This document shows, piece after piece, positions 42,236-53,566 of a DNA stretch of 64,000 nt. Each line of letters opens with the position of its first letter. The first letter of the stretch is position 1. The notes under the pieces were generated by a model that saw only the letters and a list, made by a program, of their open reading frames with translations, ran no database searches and had not been told where the DNA came from. A program made the position numbers and the translations under genes. The DNA comes from Candidatus Omnitrophota bacterium (GTDB taxonomy: Bacteria; Omnitrophota; Gorgyraeia; VGKH01): NCBI GenBank assembly GCA_022703055.1, contig JAKLEP010000001.1:474850-538849 (forward strand). The letters are read 5' to 3'.

Positions 42236-42791
42236 AAAGAAAACATTTTTTGGCGGAATGTTGCGGCTTACGATAAAACTTGCTAAGCCAGTAAATGATA
42301 TCCGCTTGGGTGAAAGCATATCAGTAAACGGGGTATGCCTTACCGTGACAAAGATCGATAAAGATTTATTAACCTTTGATATTTTAGAGGAGACAAAAGC
42401 GAAAACTAATTTAGATGATTTGAAGATAAGAGATATGGTTAACATCGAGCGCGCCCTGAAGGCTAACGATCGCTTGAGCGGTCATTTTGTCGCTGGCCAC
42501 GTTGATAATACAGGAATCATCCGAAGAAAAGAATTGAGAAACGGAAGCTACGTTTTTCATATAGCAGTTTCAAAAGAACTAATTCCTTATATCGTACCTA
42601 AGGGTTCTATCGCCGTTGACGGGATAAGCTTAACCATCGTGGAAGTAAAAGGTAATATATTTAGCGTCCATATCATACCTCATACCTACAAAAATACATC
42701 GTTATCACAGAAATCGAATTCAGATAAGGTTAATATCGAAGTCGACCAACTTTCAAAATACGCAGCAAATTTGAATAAAACTCCCAGATAA
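42198..42791 (+). CDS. ribE: Riboflavin synthase alpha chain
   Basis: MFTGIIENLG and duplicated lumazine-binding repeats (SISVNGVCLTV and SIAVDGISLTI). Confidence 0.95.
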   Translation: MFTGIIENLGSVEKKTFFGGMLRLTIKLAKPVNDIRLGESISVNGVCLTVTKIDKDLLTFDILEETKAKTNLDDLKIRDMVNIERALKANDRLSGHFVAGHVDNTGIIRRKELRNGSYVFHIAVSKELIPYIVPKGSIAVDGISLTIVEVKGNIFSVHIIPHTYKNTSLSQKSNSDKVNIEVDQLSKYAANLNKTPR

Positions 42792-42833
42792 ATTGCTTGA
42801 AATAAGGCAGATTTTAGGATATTCTCTAATATA

Positions 42834-44072
42834 ATGGATAAACGCATTGTTATTTCGGGAATCGGAGTCCTCGCCTCAAACGGCGTTGGGCGTGCGCAAT
42901 ACTGGCAGTCACTGCGCCAGGGTAAAACCGGATTCAAGGAAGTTAGCCTTTTTGATGTTTCCAATCTAAAGGTAAAGATTGCTGGCGAAATCAGCGATTT
43001 TGATGCTAAAGTTTTCTTGGGGCAGAAGGGCCTGCGTTCCCTGGATAGAAGTACCAAGCTTCTTTGTTCTGCGGGAAAACTCGCCATTGACGATGCAGCA
43101 CTCAATATTACCGAAGAAAATTCCCAGGATACAGGAGTAGTTGTCGGTACCACTTTAGGCAGCGTCTATAGTATCAGCGAATTTGACAAGACTGCGCTTC
43201 GCGAAGGCCCGCGCTTTGTAAATCCCGCCGAATTCCCCAATACCGTAATTAATTCACCCGGCAGCCAAGTCTCTATCAAATTTAATATTAAAGGTTTTAA
43301 CACTACGATTTCTACAGGTTTTACGGCGAGCCTTGATGCTATCGGCTACGCCATTGATTTTATAAATTTTGGCAGGGCAAATGTTGTTTTAGCCGGGGGA
43401 GTCGAAGAGATGTGCATTCAGACTTTCTTAGGATTTTATAAATTAGAATTCATGTCTGGCTCCAAAGACGGCAATTTGCCGATTTGTTGTCCTTTCGACA
43501 AAAGAAGAAACGGTATAATTTTTGGCGAGGGGGCGGCATTTTTAGTACTGGAGGAATTGGAGCATGCTTTATCGCGGGGTGCTAATATCTTAGTAGAGAT
43601 TACAAATTTCTCTAGCGTCTTTGATCCCTATAGGATAAACAAATATAATCCTCGGGGAGATGGAATAAAAAATGCCATGCGTTTGGCGCTAGAAGAGGCA
43701 AGGCTTAAACCACAAGATATAGATTATATCTGTGCGAATGCAAATTCGACTGTTAAAGCAGATAAGATTGAGACTGACGCGATAAAAGAAATTTTCGGAA
43801 ACCAGGCCAAAAAAATCCCTGTAAGTGCGATAAAATCTATGACTGGTGAATGCTTTAGCGTTTCTGCGGTGCTGCAGGTAGCGGCAGCGGTAGGCGCGGT
43901 TAAGGAAGGTTTTATTCCTCCGACGGTAAATTATCACGAGAAAGACCCAGAATGCGATTTGGATTATGTTCCCAACCAAGCCAGACAAAAAGAAATCAGA
44001 AATGTATTAGTCAATTCTTTCGGGCCAAGTGGCAACAATAGCTGCCTTATAATAAAGAGGTACGAGAAATGA
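42834..44072 (+). CDS. Beta-ketoacyl-ACP synthase II homolog lacking the Cys-His-His catalytic triad
   Basis: Full-length FabF-like fold. TISTGFTASLDAIG aligns to E. coli FabF IATACTSGVHNIG (Cys to Phe). ICANANSTVKADK aligns to VNAHGTSTPAGDK (His to Asn). KSMTGECFSVSA aligns to KSMTGHLLGAAG (His to Glu). Confidence 0.8.
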   Translation: MDKRIVISGIGVLASNGVGRAQYWQSLRQGKTGFKEVSLFDVSNLKVKIAGEISDFDAKVFLGQKGLRSLDRSTKLLCSAGKLAIDDAALNITEENSQDTGVVVGTTLGSVYSISEFDKTALREGPRFVNPAEFPNTVINSPGSQVSIKFNIKGFNTTISTGFTASLDAIGYAIDFINFGRANVVLAGGVEEMCIQTFLGFYKLEFMSGSKDGNLPICCPFDKRRNGIIFGEGAAFLVLEELEHALSRGANILVEITNFSSVFDPYRINKYNPRGDGIKNAMRLALEEARLKPQDIDYICANANSTVKADKIETDAIKEIFGNQAKKIPVSAIKSMTGECFSVSAVLQVAAAVGAVKEGFIPPTVNYHEKDPECDLDYVPNQARQKEIRNVLVNSFGPSGNNSCLIIKRYEK

Positions 44073-44815
44073 TCCTAAAAGGAAAAGTAGCGATAATAAC
44101 TGGAGCGACCCGAGGTATCGGTCGGGCAATTGCCTTGGAATTGGCCAAAGAAGGCGCAGACATATCTTTCAACTATTTAAAGAACGCTGAACAGGCAAAA
44201 AATCTTGTTAAAGAAATTAATTCGTTGGGCAGAAAAGCTTTTGCTGAGCAGGTCGATATCAGCGATTTTGCGAAGGTAAAAGATTTTGTCGAGAAAACAA
44301 AAAATACTTTTGGCAAGCTTGATATCTTGGTCAACAATGCAGGTATTATTATTGATAAAGCATTAATGATGATGGAAGAGCAGGATTGGAGAAAAGTTAT
44401 TGATACCGATTTAAATGGCGCGTTTAATGCAACCCGTGCCTGTATTGTGAGTTTCTTAAAACAGAAGAGCGGTCAGATTGTAAATATATCCTCGGTGAGC
44501 GGGATTATTGGTTCTTCGCGGCAGACGAATTATTCGGCATCCAAAGCTGGGATTATCGGATTTACCAAAGCTTTGGCTAAAGAGGTGGCCGAATACAATA
44601 TCAGGGTTAATGCCGTAGCTCCGGGATATATCCAGACTGATATGTTGAATTCATTAAAAGAAGAACAAAAAGAGAGCGTGAAGAAGTTTATTCCTTTAGG
44701 TAGATTCGGCAAGCCTGAAGACATCGCAAGAGTAGTTTTATTTCTTTTAAGCGATGCGTCGCAGTATATAACCGGCCAAGTCATCGCAGTTGATGGTGGC
44801 ATAGCCATGCGTTAA
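44069..44815 (+). CDS. fabG: 3-oxoacyl-ACP reductase
   Basis: TGATRGIGRAIA, NNAG and YSASKAG. Confidence 0.9.
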   Translation: MILKGKVAIITGATRGIGRAIALELAKEGADISFNYLKNAEQAKNLVKEINSLGRKAFAEQVDISDFAKVKDFVEKTKNTFGKLDILVNNAGIIIDKALMMMEEQDWRKVIDTDLNGAFNATRACIVSFLKQKSGQIVNISSVSGIIGSSRQTNYSASKAGIIGFTKALAKEVAEYNIRVNAVAPGYIQTDMLNSLKEEQKESVKKFIPLGRFGKPEDIARVVLFLLSDASQYITGQVIAVDGGIAMR

Positions 44816-44830
44816 AAAAGGAGAATATGT

Positions 44831-45268
44831 ATGAAATATATGGGAATTGAAGAGATAAAACAGATCATACCGCATCGTTATCCGTTTCTGCTGGTAGACA
44901 AAGTCATTGATTGTGTCCCTAATGAGAAACTCGTTGCGATCAAGAATGTCTCGGTAAATGAAGAATTCTTTGTCGGGCATTTTCCTCAAGAGAAGGTTAT
45001 GCCGGGAGTATTAATTGTCGAAGCCTTAGCCCAGGCCGGGGCGGTATTTTTCTATTTAAGCAAAAAAACCAAAGAAGATAAAAACTTAATTTATTATCTG
45101 GCCAAGATTGAAGCGAAATTCATGAAGCCAGTTATACCCGGCGATCAACTAAGATTGGAAGTTAAGCCGATAAAGATGCTCTCAAACGTTGGTATTTTGT
45201 CTGCCGAGGCCTATGTTGGCGATGATTTAGTCACAAAAGCTGAACTAGCTTTTAGCGTAAAGGGTTAG
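44831..45268 (+). CDS. fabZ: 3-hydroxyacyl-ACP dehydratase FabZ
   Basis: PHRYPFLLVD, FFVGHFP, and PGVLIVEALAQAG. Confidence 0.9.
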   Translation: MKYMGIEEIKQIIPHRYPFLLVDKVIDCVPNEKLVAIKNVSVNEEFFVGHFPQEKVMPGVLIVEALAQAGAVFFYLSKKTKEDKNLIYYLAKIEAKFMKPVIPGDQLRLEVKPIKMLSNVGILSAEAYVGDDLVTKAELAFSVKG

Positions 45269-45386
45269 ATTCCAATAGGTTTTAAATATAGATAAGTTAA
45301 GATTCCCGCCAAAATCGCAGTTTTTGCTATTACGAATAGATTGACTAAACCCTTCCGAAATGATAAACTATTTCGATAATATTTTA

Positions 45387-45465
45387 CGGGGAGTGGCTCA
45401 GTTTGGCTTAGAGCGCTTGGTTCGGGACCAAGAGGTCGTGGGTTCAAGTCCCACCTCCCCGACCA
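45387..45465 (+). tRNA. tRNA-Pro (anticodon CGG), CCA encoded
   Basis: Acceptor CGGGGAG/CTCCCCG. D arm GCTC-AGTTTGGCTTA-GAGC. Anticodon arm CTTGG-TTCGGGA-CCAAG with G37. T arm GTGGG-TTCAAGT-CCCAC. Discriminator A plus CCA. Confidence 0.9.
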
Positions 45466-45537
45466 TTTTGCTATTATTTGGTTTTAGGCAAAATGATCCC
45501 GAGCCATCTTGGTAGCTAATGGTAAGTGGCGAGGGGC
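45445..45537 (+). repeat. Copy A of a ~90-bp duplicated block that begins inside the tRNA-Pro T arm
   Basis: CAAGTCCCACCTCCCCGACCAT (45445-45466), then ATGATCCCGAGCCATC..GGTAGCTAATGGTAAGTGGCGAGGGGC (45493-45537). Confidence 0.85.
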
Positions 45538-45615
45538 GGTTTCCCTCGACTCAGATTAATATAAGTGGAGTCTCGGGACTTCGCCGCTAAAAAAGAGAAA
45601 AGCTAAAGCGGCTTG

Positions 45616-45703
45616 CAAGTCCCACCTCCCCGACCATCTGCCATTGGTACTTTGGCGGATGATCCCGAGCCATCAGGGTAGCTAATGGTAAGTGGCGAGG
45701 GGC
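45616..45703 (+). repeat. Copy B of the duplicated block (pseudo tRNA 3' end)
   Basis: There is a perfect 22-nt repeat of the tRNA 3' end at 45616-45637. The second conserved segment follows at 45659-45703, with 2 substitutions. Confidence 0.85.
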
Positions 45704-45711
45704 ATGATTTC

Positions 45712-45980
45712 ATGAAGAGAATCCATGTTTTTTATTCCGGAAAAGTTCAAGGCGTAGGTTTTAGATTTACCGCTGAGAATATCGCTGCAAAATTAGGGAT
45801 TACTGGCTGGGTAAAGAATATGCGCGATGGCAGAGTTGAGGTTGTCGCTGAGGGCAATCCGGAGAAATTGGAACAATTCTTTAAAGAGATTAATGCATAT
45901 TTCGCTAATTATATCAATGATTCTCAAATTAATTGGCTGGAAGCCACTGGAGAATTCAGGGATTTCGGGGTTAAATTCTA

Positions 45981-45981
<1 letters not shown>
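45712..45981 (+). CDS. acyP: Acylphosphatase
   Basis: VQGVGFRF and GWVKNMRDGRVEVVAEG. I chose ATG 45712 because the track start 45685 lies inside the repeat. Confidence 0.85.
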
Positions 45982-48715
<2,734 letters not shown>

Positions 48716-48724
48716 GAGGTTGTC

Positions 48725-49231
48725 TTGGATAAAATATTTTTGAAAAGAGCAATAGTTGTGCTGATGATTTTATCATTTTTTTCTTTAGAGGGTTGTGAGG
48801 CTTTTCGTAAGAAATTCATTAGAAAAAAACAAGTAGAGGAAGAAGCAGAAGAACAGGTTATTTTAGAGCCGCAGGTCTATCCCGATGTAGTTTATGATAA
48901 CCCCACGCTCTATAAAAATTATTATACCTTCTGTAAGGCTTGGTATGGAGATTTACTGGATTCGCTTAATCAGGAAGGAAATTACAAAAAACAATTGCAA
49001 TGCTTTAGCGAGGTAATAAAGAACTTAAGTTTGATGCGCGATTTGTTAAAGACGGAAAAACAGCAAGAGATATCTTCTTATATAGAAATGATCTCTAAAA
49101 ATAAAGAGAAGCTAATGACAGCTAGCCTTAAAGATGCCATCTTGCCACAATTGAAAAACGATCTTAGCAGTATCGAGAAAAAGATTGTCGCTAAATTTAG
49201 TTACAGTAAAATTAAAGATAATATAAAATGA
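48725..49231 (+). CDS. Putative lipoprotein
   Basis: TTG start after TAGGAGG and a lipobox-like SLEGC. Confidence 0.5.
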   Translation: MDKIFLKRAIVVLMILSFFSLEGCEAFRKKFIRKKQVEEEAEEQVILEPQVYPDVVYDNPTLYKNYYTFCKAWYGDLLDSLNQEGNYKKQLQCFSEVIKNLSLMRDLLKTEKQQEISSYIEMISKNKEKLMTASLKDAILPQLKNDLSSIEKKIVAKFSYSKIKDNIK

Positions 49232-49830
49232 TTCTGGAGACTGTTGTCGTTGGGGCTTATCAGGTGAATTGCTATATTTTAGCGGAAAAAGAAGGTTCGC
49301 AGGCAATAATTATCGATCCCGGAGAAGATTATAATAGGATCAAGAAAGTTATTGATAAACATAAATTAACTCCGAAGATAATTATTAATACTCACGGCCA
49401 TATCGACCATATCGGAGCAAATGATAAATTTGGCTTGCCGGTTTATATTCATAAAGACGATGCTGATTGTATTTCTGATTCTAAAAGAAACATGTCGGCT
49501 TTTTTAGGCTCCCCGTCGTCATTTAATTCTAAAATAAAGACATTAAATGATAAGGATAAGATAGAATTAGGGAAAATAAGCCTTGAAGTTATGCATACGC
49601 CTGGACATACCCCGGGCAGCGTCTGTCTTAAATTTGATGATACCGTATTCACAGGCGATACATTATTTTATGAAGGCATAGGAAGAACAGATTTTCCTTA
49701 CTCAGACCCCGAAAAAATGGCCCAGTCCATAAATAAGTTAATGGGCTTGCCGGACAATATCAAGATCCTCCCGGGACATGGCCAGGCTTCATCAATTGGC
49801 GAAGAGAGAAAAACGAACCCTTTTATCTAA
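49228..49830 (+). CDS. MBL-fold metallo-hydrolase (glyoxalase II-like)
   Basis: THGHIDHIG, HTPGHTPG and TGDTLF. Confidence 0.85.
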   Translation: MILETVVVGAYQVNCYILAEKEGSQAIIIDPGEDYNRIKKVIDKHKLTPKIIINTHGHIDHIGANDKFGLPVYIHKDDADCISDSKRNMSAFLGSPSSFNSKIKTLNDKDKIELGKISLEVMHTPGHTPGSVCLKFDDTVFTGDTLFYEGIGRTDFPYSDPEKMAQSINKLMGLPDNIKILPGHGQASSIGEERKTNPFI

Positions 49831-49831
49831 A

Positions 49832-50719
49832 ATGCAAGAACTATTAGAGAACTTTATTAATTATCTGTCCATCGAGCGCGGTCTGGCCAAGAATACCTTG
49901 GAATCTTACAGACGGGACTTAAATAAATACATCATTTTTATGAAGTCAAAAGGTTTTTCTGACGCTACCAGAATCGATAGGGAGCAGATTAATGCGTTTT
50001 TGTTTTCTTTGAAAGATAAAAGCCTATCGATGAATTCCATAAGCAGGAATTTAGTCGCTATAAAGATGTTCCATCGTTTTTTAGTGAGAGAAGGCCATTC
50101 CAAACAAGATCCGACAAGTTTATTAGAGTCTCCGAAGCTTTGGAAGCGCATCCCCGATGTTTTGTCATCGGATGAGGTAGAAGCGATTATCGAAGCCAGC
50201 TACCCCCGTGATTGGCAGACCATAAGAGACAGAGCGCTTTTGGAATTGATGTATGCCTCCGGAATGCGCGTCTCGGAGGTAGTAAACCTGAAAGTCTCAG
50301 ATCTGAATTTAGATATTGGATTTGTGCGCTGCCTAGGAAAGGGTCAGAAGGAAAGAATCATCCCTATCGGCAAAAGCGCCATTCTTTCAATTCGAAGATA
50401 CCTTGATAAGACCAGGCCGAAGTTAGCCAAAAAAGAAGCTACGCCATTTTTATTCTTAAGCAGGATGGGAAAAAAGATTTCCCGCCAGTCGATCTGGAAG
50501 CTGATAAAACAATACGCGCTTAAAGCTAAAATTAAGAAAGAAATAAAACCGCACACCTTAAGACATTCCTTCGCTACGCATCTTTTGGAAAGAGGCGCTG
50601 ATTTAAGGTCAGTTCAGGAAATGCTGGGTCATTCAGATATTTCAACCACTCAAGTTTATACCCATATAAATAAAGACAGATTAAAATCTATTCATCAAAA
50701 ATTTCATCCCAGGCCTTAG
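49832..50719 (+). CDS. xerD: Site-specific tyrosine recombinase XerD-like
   Basis: YLSIERGLAKNTLESYRRDL, ASGMRVSE, LRHSFATHLLERGADLRSVQEMLGHSDISTTQVYTH. Confidence 0.75.
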   Translation: MQELLENFINYLSIERGLAKNTLESYRRDLNKYIIFMKSKGFSDATRIDREQINAFLFSLKDKSLSMNSISRNLVAIKMFHRFLVREGHSKQDPTSLLESPKLWKRIPDVLSSDEVEAIIEASYPRDWQTIRDRALLELMYASGMRVSEVVNLKVSDLNLDIGFVRCLGKGQKERIIPIGKSAILSIRRYLDKTRPKLAKKEATPFLFLSRMGKKISRQSIWKLIKQYALKAKIKKEIKPHTLRHSFATHLLERGADLRSVQEMLGHSDISTTQVYTHINKDRLKSIHQKFHPRP

Positions 50720-50721
50720 AT

Positions 50722-51999
50722 ATGTTAGTAAATAATTTAGAAAATTTACCTCAGGATATTCTTAGGCTATTTAGGCAAATCGGAAAAATAGCCCAGGAAA
50801 ATAATTGTAGGGTTTATATTGTCGGAGGGATGATCAGAGACCTCTATCTGGGCAGAGAAAACTTCGATTTTGATATTGTTGTTGAAGGCGATGGCATAGC
50901 TTTAGCCAAGAAGCTCGCCGATAAATTCAAGGCTAAATTAGTCGACCATGAAAAATTTGCAACAGCAGTATTATTTGTGCCTAATGGAATCAAGATTGAT
51001 ATAGCCACGGCACGAAAAGAAACCTATGAACATCCGGGCGCGCTGCCCAATGTTGTTCCGGGAAACATAGAAGACGATCTTTCCCGCAGAGACTTTTCTA
51101 TCAATGCTATGGCCGCGTCTTTGAATCCAGAAGACTTCGGAGAGTTAATTGATTTCTTTGACGGTTTAAGTGATTTAAAAAAGAAAGAAATCAAGGTTCT
51201 TCACGATTTGAGTTTCATCGATGACCCGACGAGAATCCTAAGAGCCATCAGGTTTGAACAGAGGTTGAAGTTCAAAATAGAAGATCACTCTTTAAGATTA
51301 ATTAAAGAAGCGGTAAAACGCAAGGCATTTGATACCGTGAAGCCGCCAAGGATTTGGCATGAGTTGATCCTGATTCTCTATGAGAGAAATCCCAAGAAAT
51401 ATTTTGCTCGCATTTCACAGTTGTGCAGCCTTAAGTTTATACACCCGAGATTAAGATTTAAAAAAGATACCTTAAGGCTCTTAGAATCCGTTGAGAAGAT
51501 ACTTAACTCATATAACAGGTTATATCCGGATAACGAGCCGGTTCGCGGCTGGTTTATTTATTTTATTGCGCTAACAGATAGGCTTGGCCGCAGAGAAATT
51601 AAAGATGTGGCCGAAAAGTTTAATCTTAATAGAGAAGAGAGAGACAGCCTGTATTCTTATAAGGATACGAATAGGAATTTCTTCAGTTTTTTAAGTAAAA
51701 ACACGTTGTTGCCTAGTCAGATTTATATCTTGCTTGAAAAGTTAAGCTATGAAACAATTTTAGCTTTGAGAGCCAAAACTGTTGATAAATTGGCAAAAAA
51801 AAGAATAGATGACTTTTTGAACATTTATGATAAAGTCAAATTGAACATAACTGGAGATTATTTGAATGATTTAGGAGTAAGCTTAGATAGTAATTTTAAG
51901 AAAATCTTAGATAGGATTTTCTATGCCAAGCTTGATGGCAAGTTAAAGACCAAAGAAGAGGAGCTTCAATTAGCAAGAGAACTAGTCAAGAATCAATGA
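50722..51999 (+). CDS. tRNA nucleotidyltransferase / poly(A) polymerase family protein (CCA-adding-enzyme-like)
   Basis: VYIVGGMIRDLYLG, DFDIVVEG, RRDFSINAMA and DPTRILRAIRF. Confidence 0.75.
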   Translation: MLVNNLENLPQDILRLFRQIGKIAQENNCRVYIVGGMIRDLYLGRENFDFDIVVEGDGIALAKKLADKFKAKLVDHEKFATAVLFVPNGIKIDIATARKETYEHPGALPNVVPGNIEDDLSRRDFSINAMAASLNPEDFGELIDFFDGLSDLKKKEIKVLHDLSFIDDPTRILRAIRFEQRLKFKIEDHSLRLIKEAVKRKAFDTVKPPRIWHELILILYERNPKKYFARISQLCSLKFIHPRLRFKKDTLRLLESVEKILNSYNRLYPDNEPVRGWFIYFIALTDRLGRREIKDVAEKFNLNREERDSLYSYKDTNRNFFSFLSKNTLLPSQIYILLEKLSYETILALRAKTVDKLAKKRIDDFLNIYDKVKLNITGDYLNDLGVSLDSNFKKILDRIFYAKLDGKLKTKEEELQLARELVKNQ

Positions 52000-52277
52000 C
52001 TCTAGGACTATTACAGTTGATTATTAGAATCCCTGGTAGTAATTCGTTAAAAGAAAAACGTAGAGTTTTACACAGCTTAAGAGACAGATTGAGAGAAAAG
52101 TACAATATTTCAATAACCGAGACAGATGAACAAGATAAATGGCAGAAGGCAGTTTTGGCGATAGCCAAGGTTGAACATGAGCGCAAAATGATTGATACTG
52201 CATTCGGGAACATAGTAGATTTCATCAAGAACTCAAGCGCAGTTGAAATTATCGATTATCAGATAGAGTTATTCTAA
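51996..52277 (+). CDS. DUF503 (YlxP-like) protein
   Basis: IRIPGSNSLKEKRRVLHSLRDRLREKYNIS, in the usual position upstream of rbfA. Confidence 0.7.
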   Translation: MTLGLLQLIIRIPGSNSLKEKRRVLHSLRDRLREKYNISITETDEQDKWQKAVLAIAKVEHERKMIDTAFGNIVDFIKNSSAVEIIDYQIELF

Positions 52278-52278
52278 G

Positions 52279-52647
52279 ATGAGCAGAATAGAAAAATTAA
52301 ATCAGCAATTTAAAAGAGAGATAAGCAGCATTATCCAGAACGAGCTAAACGATCCGCGACTAGGTTTTATCACCATCAACAGGGTGGAGATTACCAAGGA
52401 TTTAAGTTATGCTAAGGTTTATTTTAGTGTTTTGGCTGACGCCAAGAAAACCCAGAGGGCAGAGAAGGGATTGCTTAGCGCCGCCGGATATATCAGAAGA
52501 TTATTATCGGATCGGATAAAAACCAGGTTGACTCCAGAGCTTATTTTTAAACTGGATAAGTCCACCGAATATAGCATCCACATAGAAGAAGAAATCGAAA
52601 GGTTGAAAAATGAATCTAGAAAAGGTAGTCAAGGCGTTAAAGAGTAA
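52279..52647 (+). CDS. rbfA: Ribosome-binding factor A
   Basis: REISSIIQNELNDPRLGFITINRVEITKDLSYAKVYFS. Confidence 0.9.
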   Translation: MSRIEKLNQQFKREISSIIQNELNDPRLGFITINRVEITKDLSYAKVYFSVLADAKKTQRAEKGLLSAAGYIRRLLSDRIKTRLTPELIFKLDKSTEYSIHIEEEIERLKNESRKGSQGVKE

Positions 52648-53566
52648 CAAGGTTTTCTTAATCAGTGCGCATACAAACCTTGAAGGCGATGCGATCTGTT
52701 CCGAGTTGTCTTTTGCAAGGCTGTTGCAAAAAATGGGCAAGAAGACCTTTATCGTGAATACAGATAAAATTCCAGAGCTTTACAATTTTCTGCCGGGAGT
52801 AAAGTCTGTTTCGAAATTCAACGGTATTTTGCCAGAATATCAAGTTTTTTGCGCCTTGGATTGCGCTGACAGAGAAAGACTAGGAAAAATCTCTGACTTT
52901 ATAGAAAGAGATAAGGGTATTATTAACATAGACCATCATAAAAGCAATGTTAATTTCGGTGATATAAATTGGGTTATGCCGTATACCTCCTCGGTATGTG
53001 AGATGATTTATTATCTGTTTAAGAAAACCCATACCAGGATAGACAAAACTTCCGCCTTATTATTGTATGTAGGGATATTGACGGATACAGGCTCATTTAA
53101 ATATAGCAATACCAGCCCCGAAACGCATAAAATTGTGGCAGAATTATTAGGAAAAGGTTTATCCGCGTTTAGGATTTATCAGCAAATCTACGAGGCAAAT
53201 CCTCTTGATGAGATGAAGATTTTATCTGACATCATTAGCAGCTTCGAAACCGATAAGAAAAAAAAGATAGCCTGGGTGGAAATTAAGGCAGACACGTTGC
53301 AGAAATTATGTTCGAGAATAGATATTGCGGATAACGTTTTTGATTTCTTAAGGTCAATAAAAGGTGTGGAGGTTACGATAATATTTAAAGAAATTAATTC
53401 CCGTGAGACTAAAGTTAATTTTAGATCTCGGGGCAAGATAGACGTCTCCAAGTTTGCCAGGATATTCGGCGGCGGAGGGCATCATAATGCCAGCGGGTGC
53501 AATATATCCAAAGGTCTCAAGGACGCAAGGCAAATTGTCCTAAAGAGATTAAAAAGGTTGGTATGA
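52610..53566 (+). CDS. nrnA: DHH/DHHA1 phosphoesterase (NrnA-like oligoribonuclease/pAp phosphatase)
   Basis: H.N.EGDA, LDCAD, NIDHH, DTGSF and GGGHHNASG. Confidence 0.8.
   Translation: MNLEKVVKALKSNKVFLISAHTNLEGDAICSELSFARLLQKMGKKTFIVNTDKIPELYNFLPGVKSVSKFNGILPEYQVFCALDCADRERLGKISDFIERDKGIINIDHHKSNVNFGDINWVMPYTSSVCEMIYYLFKKTHTRIDKTSALLLYVGILTDTGSFKYSNTSPETHKIVAELLGKGLSAFRIYQQIYEANPLDEMKILSDIISSFETDKKKKIAWVEIKADTLQKLCSRIDIADNVFDFLRSIKGVEVTIIFKEINSRETKVNFRSRGKIDVSKFARIFGGGGHHNASGCNISKGLKDARQIVLKRLKRLV

Noticed and set aside
41014-43153. Antisense ORFs opposite PHP/ribD/ribE/KS (41014-41430, 41677-42171, 41885-42160, 42185-42445, 42686-43153)
   Set aside because: All overlap strongly supported + strand enzymes. 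They are long only because AT-rich sense codons give few antisense stops.
45519-45590. 23-codon ORF (MVSGEGRFPSTQINISGVSGLRR) in repeat copy A, mirroring the track start of acyP at 45685
   Set aside because: It is created by the duplicated block. The conserved acylphosphatase sequence begins at ATG 45712, so both MVSGEG starts are repeat artefacts.
49832-50719. The tyrosine recombinase considered as a phage or island integrase
   Set aside because: Its sequence pattern and size match chromosomal XerD. It is flanked by housekeeping genes with no att repeats, and it lies 4 kb from the tRNA-Pro repeats with unrelated genes between.
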